Source: Planctomycetota bacterium
Lineage (GTDB): Bacteria; Planctomycetota; Planctomycetia; Pirellulales; UBA1268
DNA length: 64,000 nucleotides
Assembly: GCA_029978905.1 (NCBI GenBank)
Contig: JAPOIM010000003.1
Coordinates: 37,528 to 101,527 of the forward strand
Direction of reading: 5' to 3'
The position numbers were made by a program, and so were the translations under genes. The notes under the pieces were generated by a model. It worked only from the letters and a program-made list of their open reading frames with translations. It was not told the origin of the DNA and ran no database searches. Shown here in pieces: positions 19,773 to 29,750 of the stretch (the first letter of the stretch is position 1; each line of letters begins with the position of its first letter).

Positions 19773-21620
19773 TTAATTGGCGGCGGGTTCGGTGACGGTC
19801 AGGGTTTGGCCGAGGGCGACGGCGTCGAGGGTTTGCACGATGCCTGAGGGCCAGGTGATCTCAACCTGGCAGGTGGTGGGGGCGTCGTCTGCGTTGGGGC
19901 CGAGCCCGAAGAAAAGCCGCGGCTGGTGGGTGCTCGCATAACTCATGCCTGCGATGAGCTGCTGGACGACCGTTCGGTCACCGCAGCGGACCGTGGCCTT
20001 GCAGCCGATGCCTCGGCGGTTGCTCGTGGTGCCGACGAAGGTGAGACCGAGCCATCGGCCAAGGTCTGCCTGGTTTTCGAGCAGGGCAAGGGGGGTGTTT
20101 TGGTGGATCACGGCGAGATCGCAATCGCCGTCACCGTCGTGATCCGCCATCGCCACGCCACGGGCGACTTGACGGATCTCAAAGAAGGGGCCGGCCATGC
20201 TGCTGCAATCGTGAAAGGAGGAGCCGTTCCACTCAAAGAGTTGCGGCTGCTGCGCGAGCAAGGGATTGCCGGGATAGTTTTCAATGTGACCGTTGGCGAT
20301 GAAGAGGTCCATGTAGCCATCGGCATCGAAGTCGCAAAAAACGGTGCCGAATCCGAGACGGGGCAGCGTGGGCGTGTGGAGGCCCACAAGCCCGGTCACG
20401 TCTTCAAAACCCGCGGATCCGAGCCCACGGTAGAGCGTGTTGGATTCGTCGTAGAAATGGGCGGAGTAGATGTCGAGGTTGCCGTCGTTGTCGTAGTCGC
20501 CCACGGCCAAGCCCATGCTCGCCTGCGTGCGGCCGAGCCGGTCGACAGCGCACCCAAGCACCATGGCCCGCTCTTCAAACCGTCCGCCTCCTTGGTTCAC
20601 GAAGAGGAAGTTGGCTTCAGTGTCGTTGGCGACGTAGAGATCGCACAGCCCATCGCCCGTGAAGTCAGCCACGGCCACGCCGAGGCCTTTGTTGCCAGGT
20701 CCAAAGAGCCCCATCTCGCGAGCAGCCTCGCGGAAGGTTCCGTCACCGTTGTTGATGAAGCAGGCGTCGGGCCAGGGATCGATGTCGCGGGGATGACATA
20801 TCCGCGCTTCGCCCTGGGGGTTGTTGCAGGGAAGGGGATCCAAAATGTCGTACTGCAGGTAGTTGCAGACGTACAGGTCGAGGTCGTGATCACCGTCGAG
20901 ATCCGCCCAGGCCGCAGACGAACTCCAGCGGGAGTCGCCAGTGCCACTCTCGTCGGTGACGTCGACGAAGGTGCCGTCGCCAAGGTTGCGAAAGAGGGCG
21001 TTGGTGCCAGCGTTGGTGACGTAAATGTCGTCGAAGCCGTCGTCGTCGAAGTCGCCGATCGCCACGCCTTGGCTGTAGCCCGTTTCGCGGAGCCGAGCCC
21101 GTTCGGTCACGTCAACAAACGAGGAGCCGCCATCTTCGCCGGGGAGGTTGCGAAAGAGTCGATCGCTCGGCTCTTGGTCTCGCACGGACACCGAGGGATC
21201 ACCCCCTTGGCCAACGTGCAGATCGGGGTGTCCGTCGCGGTCGTAGTCGAGCCAACCAGATCCACCGCCCGTTGCCTCCGCCATCAGCGACATGCCGTTC
21301 TCGCCGTTGTCGTAGACATGCACGAGGCCGGAGTACTCGGCCACGTCGTCAAACGGGGTGCAGGTCACCGGCACTGCCGAGTCAGAACCCGCCTTCGGCG
21401 ACGAGGGCTTGGAGAGGTCGAAGGCAAAGGCAGAAGAAGCTGCTTTGCCGCCACCTGCATCATCCGAACCGCTCGCCTGTGTTGCCTTCTGCGATTCCTC
21501 GGGCCCGGAAGGCCGACGGCCGTCGCAACCACAGAGGGCTGCGACGGCCGCCAGATATCCAACCAGACTCACCTGAATGAGTGTCACTGATCCAGTGGCA
21601 TTGACCACGCTTCTCAACAT
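19773..21620 (-). CDS. CRTAC1-like FG-GAP/VCBS repeat lipoprotein with C-terminal ASPIC/UnbV domain
   Basis: Lipobox-like LCGC, repeated DxDxDGxxD motifs, C-terminal SNRRGIG...YAS..QPRLFFGLG...ITWPSG. Confidence 0.88.
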   Translation of the reverse strand: MLRSVVNATGSVTLIQVSLVGYLAAVAALCGCDGRRPSGPEESQKATQASGSDDAGGGKAASSAFAFDLSKPSSPKAGSDSAVPVTCTPFDDVAEYSGLVHVYDNGENGMSLMAEATGGGSGWLDYDRDGHPDLHVGQGGDPSVSVRDQEPSDRLFRNLPGEDGGSSFVDVTERARLRETGYSQGVAIGDFDDDGFDDIYVTNAGTNALFRNLGDGTFVDVTDESGTGDSRWSSSAAWADLDGDHDLDLYVCNYLQYDILDPLPCNNPQGEARICHPRDIDPWPDACFINNGDGTFREAAREMGLFGPGNKGLGVAVADFTGDGLCDLYVANDTEANFLFVNQGGGRFEERAMVLGCAVDRLGRTQASMGLAVGDYDNDGNLDIYSAHFYDESNTLYRGLGSAGFEDVTGLVGLHTPTLPRLGFGTVFCDFDADGYMDLFIANGHIENYPGNPLLAQQPQLFEWNGSSFHDCSSMAGPFFEIRQVARGVAMADHDGDGDCDLAVIHQNTPLALLENQADLGRWLGLTFVGTTSNRRGIGCKATVRCGDRTVVQQLIAGMSYASTHQPRLFFGLGPNADDAPTTCQVEITWPSGIVQTLDAVALGQTLTVTEPAAN

Positions 21621-21678
21621 TCTTCCTCCTGAGGAAGCTCGCCGAATGAAGAGCATCAACGCCAATCAGCGACTCATT

Positions 21679-22782
21679 TCACTTCGCGACTTCACCGCCA
21701 GCTGCGGTCGCCACGGCGTACCGCACCCAGTGGTCGATGTCGTCGGTGTAGAACTGCACGCTTCCGTCAGCCCTCATGGCCCCGGCACCACCAGGGTGGT
21801 TGGAGCTCCAGCCGGCACAGCGACGGTCACCGTGGCCCTGGAGCCACGCTGGGTTCTTGTTATTCAGCGGATTCCGCAGGGTGTGCTGCGACCCAACCGA
21901 GAAGAACCAGCCAGCACACTCGTCAGGAGTCCGAGCGTCCCACACACCGTTGTTGTAGCCACGGAAGTGGTAGTTCTCGAACACAGCGATCGTCTGCGAG
22001 GTACCGTCAACCAGGTCGCCGAGCTTCTTCTTACCAGCATAGGCAAACACGCCGTTGATGCGGGCAAAATCGTCCTGGAGCCAGTTGTTGCTGATCCAAG
22101 GCGTGCCAGCACTACCCTTGGTGAAGCGGTTGGCACCGTTCGGATCGCTACCGTTGAAATCAGGCACGTTGCCGCAGTCCTTCCAGCCGCCCCAGATATG
22201 ACCGAGGTTGCCGTTGTAGTCGGTACGAGCTGCCTGGGAAGCTGCAGGACCACCGGAGTTCTGCACCCACATATTGCGGGTTTCAACCATGCCGTTGCTT
22301 GGGCAGAGAAGCATGCTGATCTTCTGCTGTGCTACAGCAAGATTTACACCTTGGTTGCAAGTCTCTTGGAACCTGATCTGGTCATAAAGAGCCTGCTCTT
22401 CCATGTAGGGGAGAGCCTGCACGATCCAAGAAAACGAGGAGTCATTTCGCTGGATCGGGAATCGACCAACGGGTTGACCGGGGGTTCTGGGATCGGAATA
22501 AACCTTGGTCCCGCCGTCGTACTGAAATCCCTTCTCATCTGGGGCGTCCCGCATGGGGTCCATTGAGTAGGGATACACGTCCTTGTTGGCGCTGGCGTAG
22601 TTGTGGAAGGCCAGACCAATCTGCTTTAGACTGTTCAAGCACTGACTGCGGCGGGCTGCCTCACGCGCGGACTGAACGGCCGGCAGAAGAAGACCAACCA
22701 AGACGCCAATGATGGCGATGACGACGAGCAGTTCGACGAGCGTGAAGCCACGACGACCCTGCAGACGCAACGTCTTGAGCAT
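21679..22782 (-). CDS. DUF1559 prepilin-type N-methylation domain protein
   Basis: [37 protein letters not shown], and C-terminal H-x9-DG ([14 protein letters not shown]). Confidence 0.93.
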   Translation of the reverse strand: MLKTLRLQGRRGFTLVELLVVIAIIGVLVGLLLPAVQSAREAARRSQCLNSLKQIGLAFHNYASANKDVYPYSMDPMRDAPDEKGFQYDGGTKVYSDPRTPGQPVGRFPIQRNDSSFSWIVQALPYMEEQALYDQIRFQETCNQGVNLAVAQQKISMLLCPSNGMVETRNMWVQNSGGPAASQAARTDYNGNLGHIWGGWKDCGNVPDFNGSDPNGANRFTKGSAGTPWISNNWLQDDFARINGVFAYAGKKKLGDLVDGTSQTIAVFENYHFRGYNNGVWDARTPDECAGWFFSVGSQHTLRNPLNNKNPAWLQGHGDRRCAGWSSNHPGGAGAMRADGSVQFYTDDIDHWVRYAVATAAGGEVAK

Positions 22783-22909
22783 GGGAACCTCGCTGGGGAG
22801 AAAGAAAAGAAAAAATCAACGCGTTGCCAGCGAAGTCAACCGAGGCCAACCACTGTCAACGACAGAACACACGAAACCGAAATCAAGGTAGGGAGTACGT
22901 CAAAGATGC

Positions 22910-23353
22910 TTATTCAACGGAAAGATCAATAGTGTTTTGACCGGAGGTCACTTCCACCGACTTCGACCAGTCAGCAGGGATGCTCGACTCTGGGCCGGTT
23001 GGTGCTTGCGAGCTCCGTCCGCTGCCACCTGCACCACTGCCGTAGGCAGCTTCGTCAACGGCGCCGGACGACTGCTGGGCGAGCGTCACCGTGTAGCTTC
23101 CAGCCATCGCGCCAGGCTTGCCCTGGGTGCCGGAGGTCAGGGTGTAGGAACCATCCGCCCCGGTGCGGCCGGAGGCTGCTTCCATCGATGAATCTGATGG
23201 TTGAAACGTGACGAGCACGTCAGCCGCAGGCTGGCCACCGATGGTCACCTTGCCGCTGACGGGGTTCATGGCGGGGCCACCTTCACCGCAACCTGCGAGC
23301 GTGGTGACGAGGCCAAGGCAGAGAACAAGTTGAAGTCGGCGTGAGAGCGTCAT
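22910..23353 (-). CDS. Carboxypeptidase-regulatory-like domain lipoprotein (DUF1559 partner)
   Basis: Lipobox LAGC; PVSGKVTIGGQP...VTFQP...TGADGSYTL...GAMAGSYTV. Confidence 0.85.
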   Translation of the reverse strand: MTLSRRLQLVLCLGLVTTLAGCGEGGPAMNPVSGKVTIGGQPAADVLVTFQPSDSSMEAASGRTGADGSYTLTSGTQGKPGAMAGSYTVTLAQQSSGAVDEAAYGSGAGGSGRSSQAPTGPESSIPADWSKSVEVTSGQNTIDLSVE

Positions 23354-23477
23354 GGAAAATCCGGGATGCAAAGGAAAAGCGGAAATGAGTTCGGAATCCA
23401 GTTTCAGGATATTTTGGCCATTCGGTCGCTGCTGCAGGGTGCGGTGAAACCACACGAAACCGCGTGCAGACGAGCCC

Positions 23478-23491
23478 GCAACACCCGTGGC
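23478..23491 (-). promoter_or_regulatory. Candidate sigma54-like element GCCACGGGTGTTGC
   Basis: 13/14 identical to 45978-45991; lies 124 nt upstream of the lipoprotein-DUF1559 unit. Confidence 0.45.
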
Positions 23492-23584
23492 TGGTGATTG
23501 CGTTCCGTAAGGGCGTACGTCCTCCCCGAAACCTTTGTTCGATTTTAGCCCCAAGAATCAGCGAGTCAACGGAAAAACACGCGA

Positions 23585-24847
23585 TTACGGCGCGGTGGGT
23601 CCCAGGGCGCCTGCCGGTGGTGCCGCAGCGAGCATCTGCTGCACCCTCGCTCGGAGCCGATCGGCGATTTCCGTCCCCCCACAATCGGCAATGTAGTCTG
23701 CGATCTCCACCATCGTTTCGGGATTGGTGGCCTGCACACTTGGTTGCTGTAGGATGGTTCTGCGGAGTGTGCGGCCTCGATCGGCTAGGTCGGCAAGCCG
23801 CGCAGCCTCTTCCTCGTTGCCGATTTTTCGCTGAATCACGGCCTGTTCGTGGAGGGCGATGGCGTCGTAGGGAAAGAGTTCGCGGGCTTTGAGGTAGGAG
23901 GAGTTCGCTTCCTCCAACTCTTCGCGAGTGCCGTGGACCCAGGCCTTGAATCGCCAGAAACGGTTGTCTTCCAGGGCAGATGGTGGGGCGGCGGCAAGCA
24001 GGCGAGTGACTTCCTCGACATCGCCGGCCGTTTGGGCCTTTTGGATAAAATAGGCCCTCGCTTCGATGTTTTCGGGGTATTTGTCAAAGAGTTCCTGCAG
24101 CCGACTCTCGCGGCTTTGGGCAACTTCGGAGGTGCTGCCTGCGGCGGCGATCTCTTCGTCTTGAAGGGAGTCTTCCAGGCCGCGGTTGGCGAGTTCCCCG
24201 CGCACCACGGCCACTTCGAAGAGTTCGGTGCCAGGGTTTTCTCCCAGCCAGCGGAGGTTGACCGACTCGGTGTTGGCAAGCGTGAGCCAGTCGGCTCCCA
24301 TCAGATAGACGTAGGTTTCCGGCATGTCGCAGCCCACGTCGATCGACTCTTTTGTGATTTGGTAAGTCTTTATCCGCTGCAGCGTGATCGCGTAGTAGAA
24401 GGTCAGCCGCCGCCGAGCTTCGCAGTTCTCGGGATCGAGCCGAAGCACCCGGTCCAACGTGCGAACCGCTTCTGATGGCCGGCTGAGTTGCCCAAACATC
24501 AGGTCCACTCGCTGCAACAGCGCGGGCACGGTCTTGGGGTCGTTATCGGGGAGGACCTCGAGGTAGTCGCCGGCCGCCCCGTAGTTGCCCAGCGCCATGG
24601 CGGATTCGGCGGCGATGATCAGTGGATCGGCGAGCGTTGGTTCCAGGTGGGCCCATTCAAAGGCCAACTCTTCAGTCCGAGCCCAGTCGCGCACCTGCCG
24701 AGCGCCGAGGCAGTCTGTCCGCACCGCGTAGGCCCGGCCCTTGTGCCAGTACTGGTAGCCCACAAGCACCACGCCGGCGACCAACACACCGCCGAGGACC
24801 AGTTTCAGCCAGGGACGCACCGCGGTGGCTGGGCGTTCGTCTCTCAC
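23585..24847 (-). CDS. Membrane-anchored TPR protein
   Basis: N-terminal TM helix followed by TPR-like helical repeats (LDPENCEA, KYPENIEA, LFPYDAIA). Confidence 0.75.
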   Translation of the reverse strand: MRDERPATAVRPWLKLVLGGVLVAGVVLVGYQYWHKGRAYAVRTDCLGARQVRDWARTEELAFEWAHLEPTLADPLIIAAESAMALGNYGAAGDYLEVLPDNDPKTVPALLQRVDLMFGQLSRPSEAVRTLDRVLRLDPENCEARRRLTFYYAITLQRIKTYQITKESIDVGCDMPETYVYLMGADWLTLANTESVNLRWLGENPGTELFEVAVVRGELANRGLEDSLQDEEIAAAGSTSEVAQSRESRLQELFDKYPENIEARAYFIQKAQTAGDVEEVTRLLAAAPPSALEDNRFWRFKAWVHGTREELEEANSSYLKARELFPYDAIALHEQAVIQRKIGNEEEAARLADLADRGRTLRRTILQQPSVQATNPETMVEIADYIADCGGTEIADRLRARVQQMLAAAPPAGALGPTAP

Positions 24848-24852
24848 CGAAC

Positions 24853-25785
24853 CTACTCCTTCGCATCCGTGGAAGCGGCACGTTGAGCCGAGGTGATGGC
24901 GGTGAGGGTGCCGGCCTGATCGAGCAGGTAGATCGCTTTCGCCCGAGGGTCGGCGACGAGCACGCCTGCCGACGAGCGAGCCAGCCCGACTGGCCCCTGC
25001 AGCGGCGCCCCTGAGACCAGTTTGGTGACATCGCCAGCCGTGCTCACCTGCCAGATGCAGGCGGCGTAGTTGTCGCTGACGTAGGCGACGCCGTCGTCAT
25101 CCACCACCACATCGTGCGGAAACTCAAACGCCCGCTCGGTCACGACCGGGTCTACCGAGCCGTCGACGGCCACCCGCACCAGCGGAGCGTCGCCTGAGGC
25201 GGCGATGGCCCACAGCTGATCGCGTGTATCCACAAACAGGCCTCGCGGGGCTGCGAGTTGGGCCACCTCCTCGGGGTCGCCACCGGCGACAGGCAGCTGC
25301 CAAATCCGCTGCGTTTCCAGGTCCGACACAAACAGCTGCCCGGTGCTCGTAATCGCGAGATCGACGGGGATACCAATCTTGCCGCCGGTCAGCGGCGTGG
25401 GCGTGCCGTCTTCTGCCAAGCGATAGATCTCGCGTGTGGCGGAATCACCGACAAACACGCTGCCGTCGGCTGCCACCGCGACCGCCCGGATCGCGTTGAG
25501 CGGGGTGCGAAACCGTTTCTCTCCGCGAGCAAAGACTGCCGGGGCCCCGTCGGTGACCTTCCACACCCCAGGCAGCAGCCGGTCGGCCACGTAGAGCGTG
25601 CGGTCGTCGACGGCGGCCACCGAGAGAGGATACTGCAGCGTCTCGGAGGCCTCCTGTCCCCAGGTTGCTTTGGAAGAGGCAGCGAAAAGCAACAACAGGC
25701 AGGCCGCTGTGAGAGAGACGCGACCGGTCGGCCACCGGCGGCTGCATCGACCTCGCGCGACGAAATCCAAGCACGGCATGTTCAT
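24853..25785 (-). CDS. Secreted NHL-repeat beta-propeller protein
   Basis: Signal peptide; repeats YPLSVA..LYVAD, PVDLAI..LFVSD, FPHDVVV..YVSD. ATG 25785 overlaps the upstream TGA. Confidence 0.8.
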   Translation of the reverse strand: MNMPCLDFVARGRCSRRWPTGRVSLTAACLLLLFAASSKATWGQEASETLQYPLSVAAVDDRTLYVADRLLPGVWKVTDGAPAVFARGEKRFRTPLNAIRAVAVAADGSVFVGDSATREIYRLAEDGTPTPLTGGKIGIPVDLAITSTGQLFVSDLETQRIWQLPVAGGDPEEVAQLAAPRGLFVDTRDQLWAIAASGDAPLVRVAVDGSVDPVVTERAFEFPHDVVVDDDGVAYVSDNYAACIWQVSTAGDVTKLVSGAPLQGPVGLARSSAGVLVADPRAKAIYLLDQAGTLTAITSAQRAASTDAKE

Positions 25786-28700
25786 GGGCGGTTTGGCTCC
25801 GGTCCCCCTTTTTCCCCAACGAATCCTACCTCCGACTCCGCGGAATCGCGACGGAGGAACTGCCAAAAGGCAGCTGTGTGCCGACGTGTCTGGTACTCCA
25901 GAAGATAGGCGCGATACGCGTCGCTGTCTGGTGGAGGATCGTCGGCCGCCGGTGGATAGCTCCGCATCGCGGCAAAGGGGAGGGGCTCGGAGGTGTCGCC
26001 GACGGCCGTGGCGAGATTGGCGTCTTTGTCCCAGCCAAAACTTGCCAGCACGAAATCCCGCTCCCACCCAGGCTGGGCAAGAGGTGGTGCGGCAAATCGC
26101 AGCGTCATTTCGTCCCCGGAACCCATCACCACCAGCCGGTCGTCTTGAGCGGCAAGCAGGTCGCAGACATCACCGAAGCGGGTGAAGGCTCCATACATGG
26201 GCGGCCACTTGGGGGAAGTGTTGACGTGGGCGTAGTCGAACTGCTCCGGACCAGCCCCCGCGGCCTGCTCGATCCGCGAAAAGCCACGGTGATGCAGGTC
26301 GGCCGAGAGCGGTCGCACCTCGTGCGTGACCATCTCGACCGGTGCTTCGCCGGACGTGAAGAAGATGGCGTCCCAGGCGATTTCCATCGTGGTCTCAATC
26401 CGCACGCGTGGATCCTCGACGGGTACGAGGCCACTGAGGTTCACGGCCATCGTCTTGGTCTTGCCGCCAGGGAAACCCATCATCGGCAGCACCGTCTTCC
26501 AGCCGCCCGTGCCGTCGGGCACCGACAGGCTCGGCGGCGCCGGAAGGCCAAGGGCAGGATCCCGTCCGAGGGCGACATTGAGGCTGACCGTCGTGGGGTA
26601 GGTCCAACCGGTGAGAAAGAGCGTCAGTTGGGAGGGATCGTTGAGGGTGCCGAGGTCGAGTTCGACGACCGATGGCTCGGTGAGGCCTTGGCGAATCTTG
26701 CGACCAGAAGGGGGCAGGAACAGACCGTCCTCAGCCGACACCAAAGGCAGCACATCCTGGCCGTCCCCTGTGTGTGCGGCGACAGGCACCTTCCGCTCCC
26801 GAACCGCATGCAGGCCAAACGCGGCGATGCTCGGCGGCCCGACCTTTTCGTTGGAGAAAACTTCGACGCCGGGGGGATGATCGATCGCCAGCAGTTTGAC
26901 CTCGTCAAAGTAGGCTGCTTCCCAAAGCTCCTCGGTGATCTGCATTCGATACTCACCATCGGCTTCGACGAGCAGGCCACGGGGAATCGAGATGAACTCC
27001 TGCGGCCGATCGGGCATCAACTCCCCTTCGCTCCGCTGCAGTCCCAGCGGCGCAGCCCAGAGCAGATCGGTCACGAAGCGGTAGCCGCTGCCGTCCCAGG
27101 TGTAGAGGTACGGGCAGGAGCCGAGCAGGATCTGCTGCTCGCAGACCAGCAGGTTGGCCTGAGGTTGCAGGATGTTTTGTGGCACGCCATTGAGCCACAG
27201 CACGCGGACCGCATCCGCCCCAACGCGATCGCCAAGGCCAAAGTGGGTCGTGCGTCGGCGGACCGACTGCGGCTGGTAGAGGCCACCTGCCTTAAGTTCG
27301 AGCAGGCTCCCAAGTCCATGGGCGTTGACGCGGCCACTCGGGGCGAAGTCGCCTCCCTTGATCTGCTGGGCTTCCAGGTCGATCGCCAGCCAGTGGTGGG
27401 CATTGCCTCCGTCGTTGTCGAGCACCAGTGACGCATCGCTGGCCACGGCGAGGTCGAGGTCGCCATCACCGTCGAGGTCGGCAGTGTCGACGCTGTGGAG
27501 GCCACGCACGTCCGTGGGCATCACGGAAGCGGCAGTGAAGCCCGCAGGGGTGCCTCGCCAGGCCTGAAGTTGGTCCGGCTGCCAGCTGATGAGGTCCAGC
27601 CAGCCGTCGTTGTCGTAGTCGACAGTGATCAGCCCATCGCAGGGGGACGCATCGATTTGCTGTGCGGCAAGGTCGCTCGCCCTGGATGCCGCAGCAACAT
27701 CCCGCAGCAGCCAGAGCCCATCAGGACCCGCCACGACCGCATCCCAGCGGCCGTCGCCATCGGCGTCGAGCAGGTCGAGGCTGCGGGCCGTGCGGTCAAA
27801 CGACGTCGCGTGGTAGCGAAACTGCCCATGCCGAAGATTCTCGAGGATGCCCACACCGGCCTCACCGCAGAGCACGAGGTCGACGTCGACATCAAAGTCG
27901 AGATCGATGGGGACGATGGCGGCGACGGCGTGTTCACGAGGTGGCATGGCTGCGGAAGGCGTGGCGTCGACAAAGCCCTGCGAGCCGTGGTTTTGCCACA
28001 GGTGCAGGCCGTGGTCGTCCCACACCACGAGGTCGATCGGACCATCGGCATCGAGGTCGGTGGCGGCGGCCGCGAGCACCGCGCCTGTGACATTTGGCAG
28101 GGCCGCGGGCAGCGGCTCAAGCGAGCGCGAGGTGCCGTCTTCACCGAGACGATTCTCTAAGGCGACGAGTCCGCCGCTGCCGAAGGCCACCAGGTCGAGG
28201 TCGGCGGCAGGGCAGCGTCGCATCGTGGGCGCCGTGGCACCCTCTGGAGCCGTGGCGGACGCCGCAACTTCGGCCTGCCGTTTCGCCTCGTCAAAGTCGA
28301 GGTCGAGGTCGACGGCAAGCACGCCGCGGCAGCCGTCAGGAACGGGGGCCGTGAGCGACGGAGCCCAGCCGTCGGGCCTGCGGGTCAAGACGGTGAGCGT
28401 GGTCTCGTCCACGAGCACGAGGTCGACGTTTCCATCGAGATCGATGTCTTCCAGCCGCACTGCTGTGGCAGGGCTGCCCCCATCGAGAGCCAGAGGTTGC
28501 GGCGCATATGTCACGGGAATCGCTGCGGCGTCGGTGACGACGGCTGCTGCCGAGCGGACGTCGTCAGAGAGCCGTTCGATCACAAACTCCAGCGGATGAG
28601 GATCGACGGCCGTTCGGTCGCCCGCAGCCTGCGGAACCAAGAGGTTCGCAAGCCCGCGAAACGTGCCCGACGCTGCGGCGGTGTCGCCTGCGTCGAGTGC

Positions 28701-29444
28701 GGAGATGCCGCGGTCGAGCAGCATCCGCACGTCAGTCTTCGTGAAGGCGAGCACCGCGGGAGCAAAGGGGGCGATCGCCTGCCACCTTGCTTCCACGTGC
28801 TCTCCAAGCGCGGCGTCGGCGGAGAGTGCGCCGCGATCAAGGCCGATCGCCGCAGCCCGCAGCCATTCCACGGCAAGCCAGAGGTTGCGTGGATCGGCGG
28901 TGCATGCCTGCTCCAGGGCTTCGACATGACCATCTCCGCCACCATCGGCTTCGTCTCGCAGCTGCAAGGCCTGCCAGGAGCCATACCAGGCAGCGGCATC
29001 CTCGGGGCTGATTTCCACGACCTTGGCAAAGGCGGCCGCGGCCGCGTCGGCATCCCCAGCAAGCAGCGCGAGTTTGGCAGAGAGCCAGTGGAACGCACGC
29101 GAGGGCCCCTCGACCGCCGCCAGTCGCTCGAGGGCGGCCACGGCCGTGCTGAGCTGCTCGGTGGTCACGGGGCCTTCACCGATCGCCAAGATCGAGGCGA
29201 CCACCAGATTGCGTGGGCCAAAGGGGTCGGTCGGCAGGGCTTCGGCGAGGGCGCCGAGCCGCGGCGTTGCCGCGCCGAGTTCCTGGTTCTCGAGTTCAGC
29301 GATGGCGAGGTTGGCTTCGTGGAGCAGTGCCTCGGCGGTCGCCGGATCGATGGCTTCAGGCCGGGGCCAAAGCCACCAGGCTGCCGTGGCGAGGCCTGCG
29401 ATCAGAACGGCGACGCCGGCCCAGGTCAGGGATCGGTGTGTCAT
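25782..29444 (-). CDS. Large TPR + FG-GAP + ASPIC/UnbV protein with an extended C-terminal domain
   Basis: TM anchor, TPR-like helices, many DxDxDGxxD repeats, UnbV (HFGLG..VRVLWLNG), then a SCPYLYTWDG...GWDKDAN domain. Confidence 0.85.
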   Translation of the reverse strand: MTHRSLTWAGVAVLIAGLATAAWWLWPRPEAIDPATAEALLHEANLAIAELENQELGAATPRLGALAEALPTDPFGPRNLVVASILAIGEGPVTTEQLSTAVAALERLAAVEGPSRAFHWLSAKLALLAGDADAAAAAFAKVVEISPEDAAAWYGSWQALQLRDEADGGGDGHVEALEQACTADPRNLWLAVEWLRAAAIGLDRGALSADAALGEHVEARWQAIAPFAPAVLAFTKTDVRMLLDRGISALDAGDTAAASGTFRGLANLLVPQAAGDRTAVDPHPLEFVIERLSDDVRSAAAVVTDAAAIPVTYAPQPLALDGGSPATAVRLEDIDLDGNVDLVLVDETTLTVLTRRPDGWAPSLTAPVPDGCRGVLAVDLDLDFDEAKRQAEVAASATAPEGATAPTMRRCPAADLDLVAFGSGGLVALENRLGEDGTSRSLEPLPAALPNVTGAVLAAAATDLDADGPIDLVVWDDHGLHLWQNHGSQGFVDATPSAAMPPREHAVAAIVPIDLDFDVDVDLVLCGEAGVGILENLRHGQFRYHATSFDRTARSLDLLDADGDGRWDAVVAGPDGLWLLRDVAAASRASDLAAQQIDASPCDGLITVDYDNDGWLDLISWQPDQLQAWRGTPAGFTAASVMPTDVRGLHSVDTADLDGDGDLDLAVASDASLVLDNDGGNAHHWLAIDLEAQQIKGGDFAPSGRVNAHGLGSLLELKAGGLYQPQSVRRRTTHFGLGDRVGADAVRVLWLNGVPQNILQPQANLLVCEQQILLGSCPYLYTWDGSGYRFVTDLLWAAPLGLQRSEGELMPDRPQEFISIPRGLLVEADGEYRMQITEELWEAAYFDEVKLLAIDHPPGVEVFSNEKVGPPSIAAFGLHAVRERKVPVAAHTGDGQDVLPLVSAEDGLFLPPSGRKIRQGLTEPSVVELDLGTLNDPSQLTLFLTGWTYPTTVSLNVALGRDPALGLPAPPSLSVPDGTGGWKTVLPMMGFPGGKTKTMAVNLSGLVPVEDPRVRIETTMEIAWDAIFFTSGEAPVEMVTHEVRPLSADLHHRGFSRIEQAAGAGPEQFDYAHVNTSPKWPPMYGAFTRFGDVCDLLAAQDDRLVVMGSGDEMTLRFAAPPLAQPGWERDFVLASFGWDKDANLATAVGDTSEPLPFAAMRSYPPAADDPPPDSDAYRAYLLEYQTRRHTAAFWQFLRRDSAESEVGFVGEKGGPEPNRP

Positions 29445-29750
29445 GGCTCAGTTGCTCGCGGGAGGAGAAGGTGGCGGGGCCGAATGGCGGGCCTCGGCGT
29501 CAGCCACCGAGGCTCGCAGCTGGGGTACGGCAGGATGCTCGGGGGCGATCGCCGCCAAACCAGTGAAGTGCCGGGCCGTGTGGACAAAACCATCCTCGAA
29601 CATGCTCCGGCTGAACAGACAACTTCTCGAGTATCCCGCTGCCCAAAAGGCTCGGTCAAGCGGCACACTCGAGCGCCTCACTGTAGACTTTTCCCTTCGA
29701 AAGCCAGCCAGACAAGACCGCCAGACTTGAGATTCGCCAGAGGATGCCCC

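Noticed and set aside
28497-29750. Apparent 418-aa N-terminal extension of the AsnB-like ORF
   Set aside because: Mostly antisense to the FG-GAP gene with shadow-like composition; plausible protein sequence begins at 29751.
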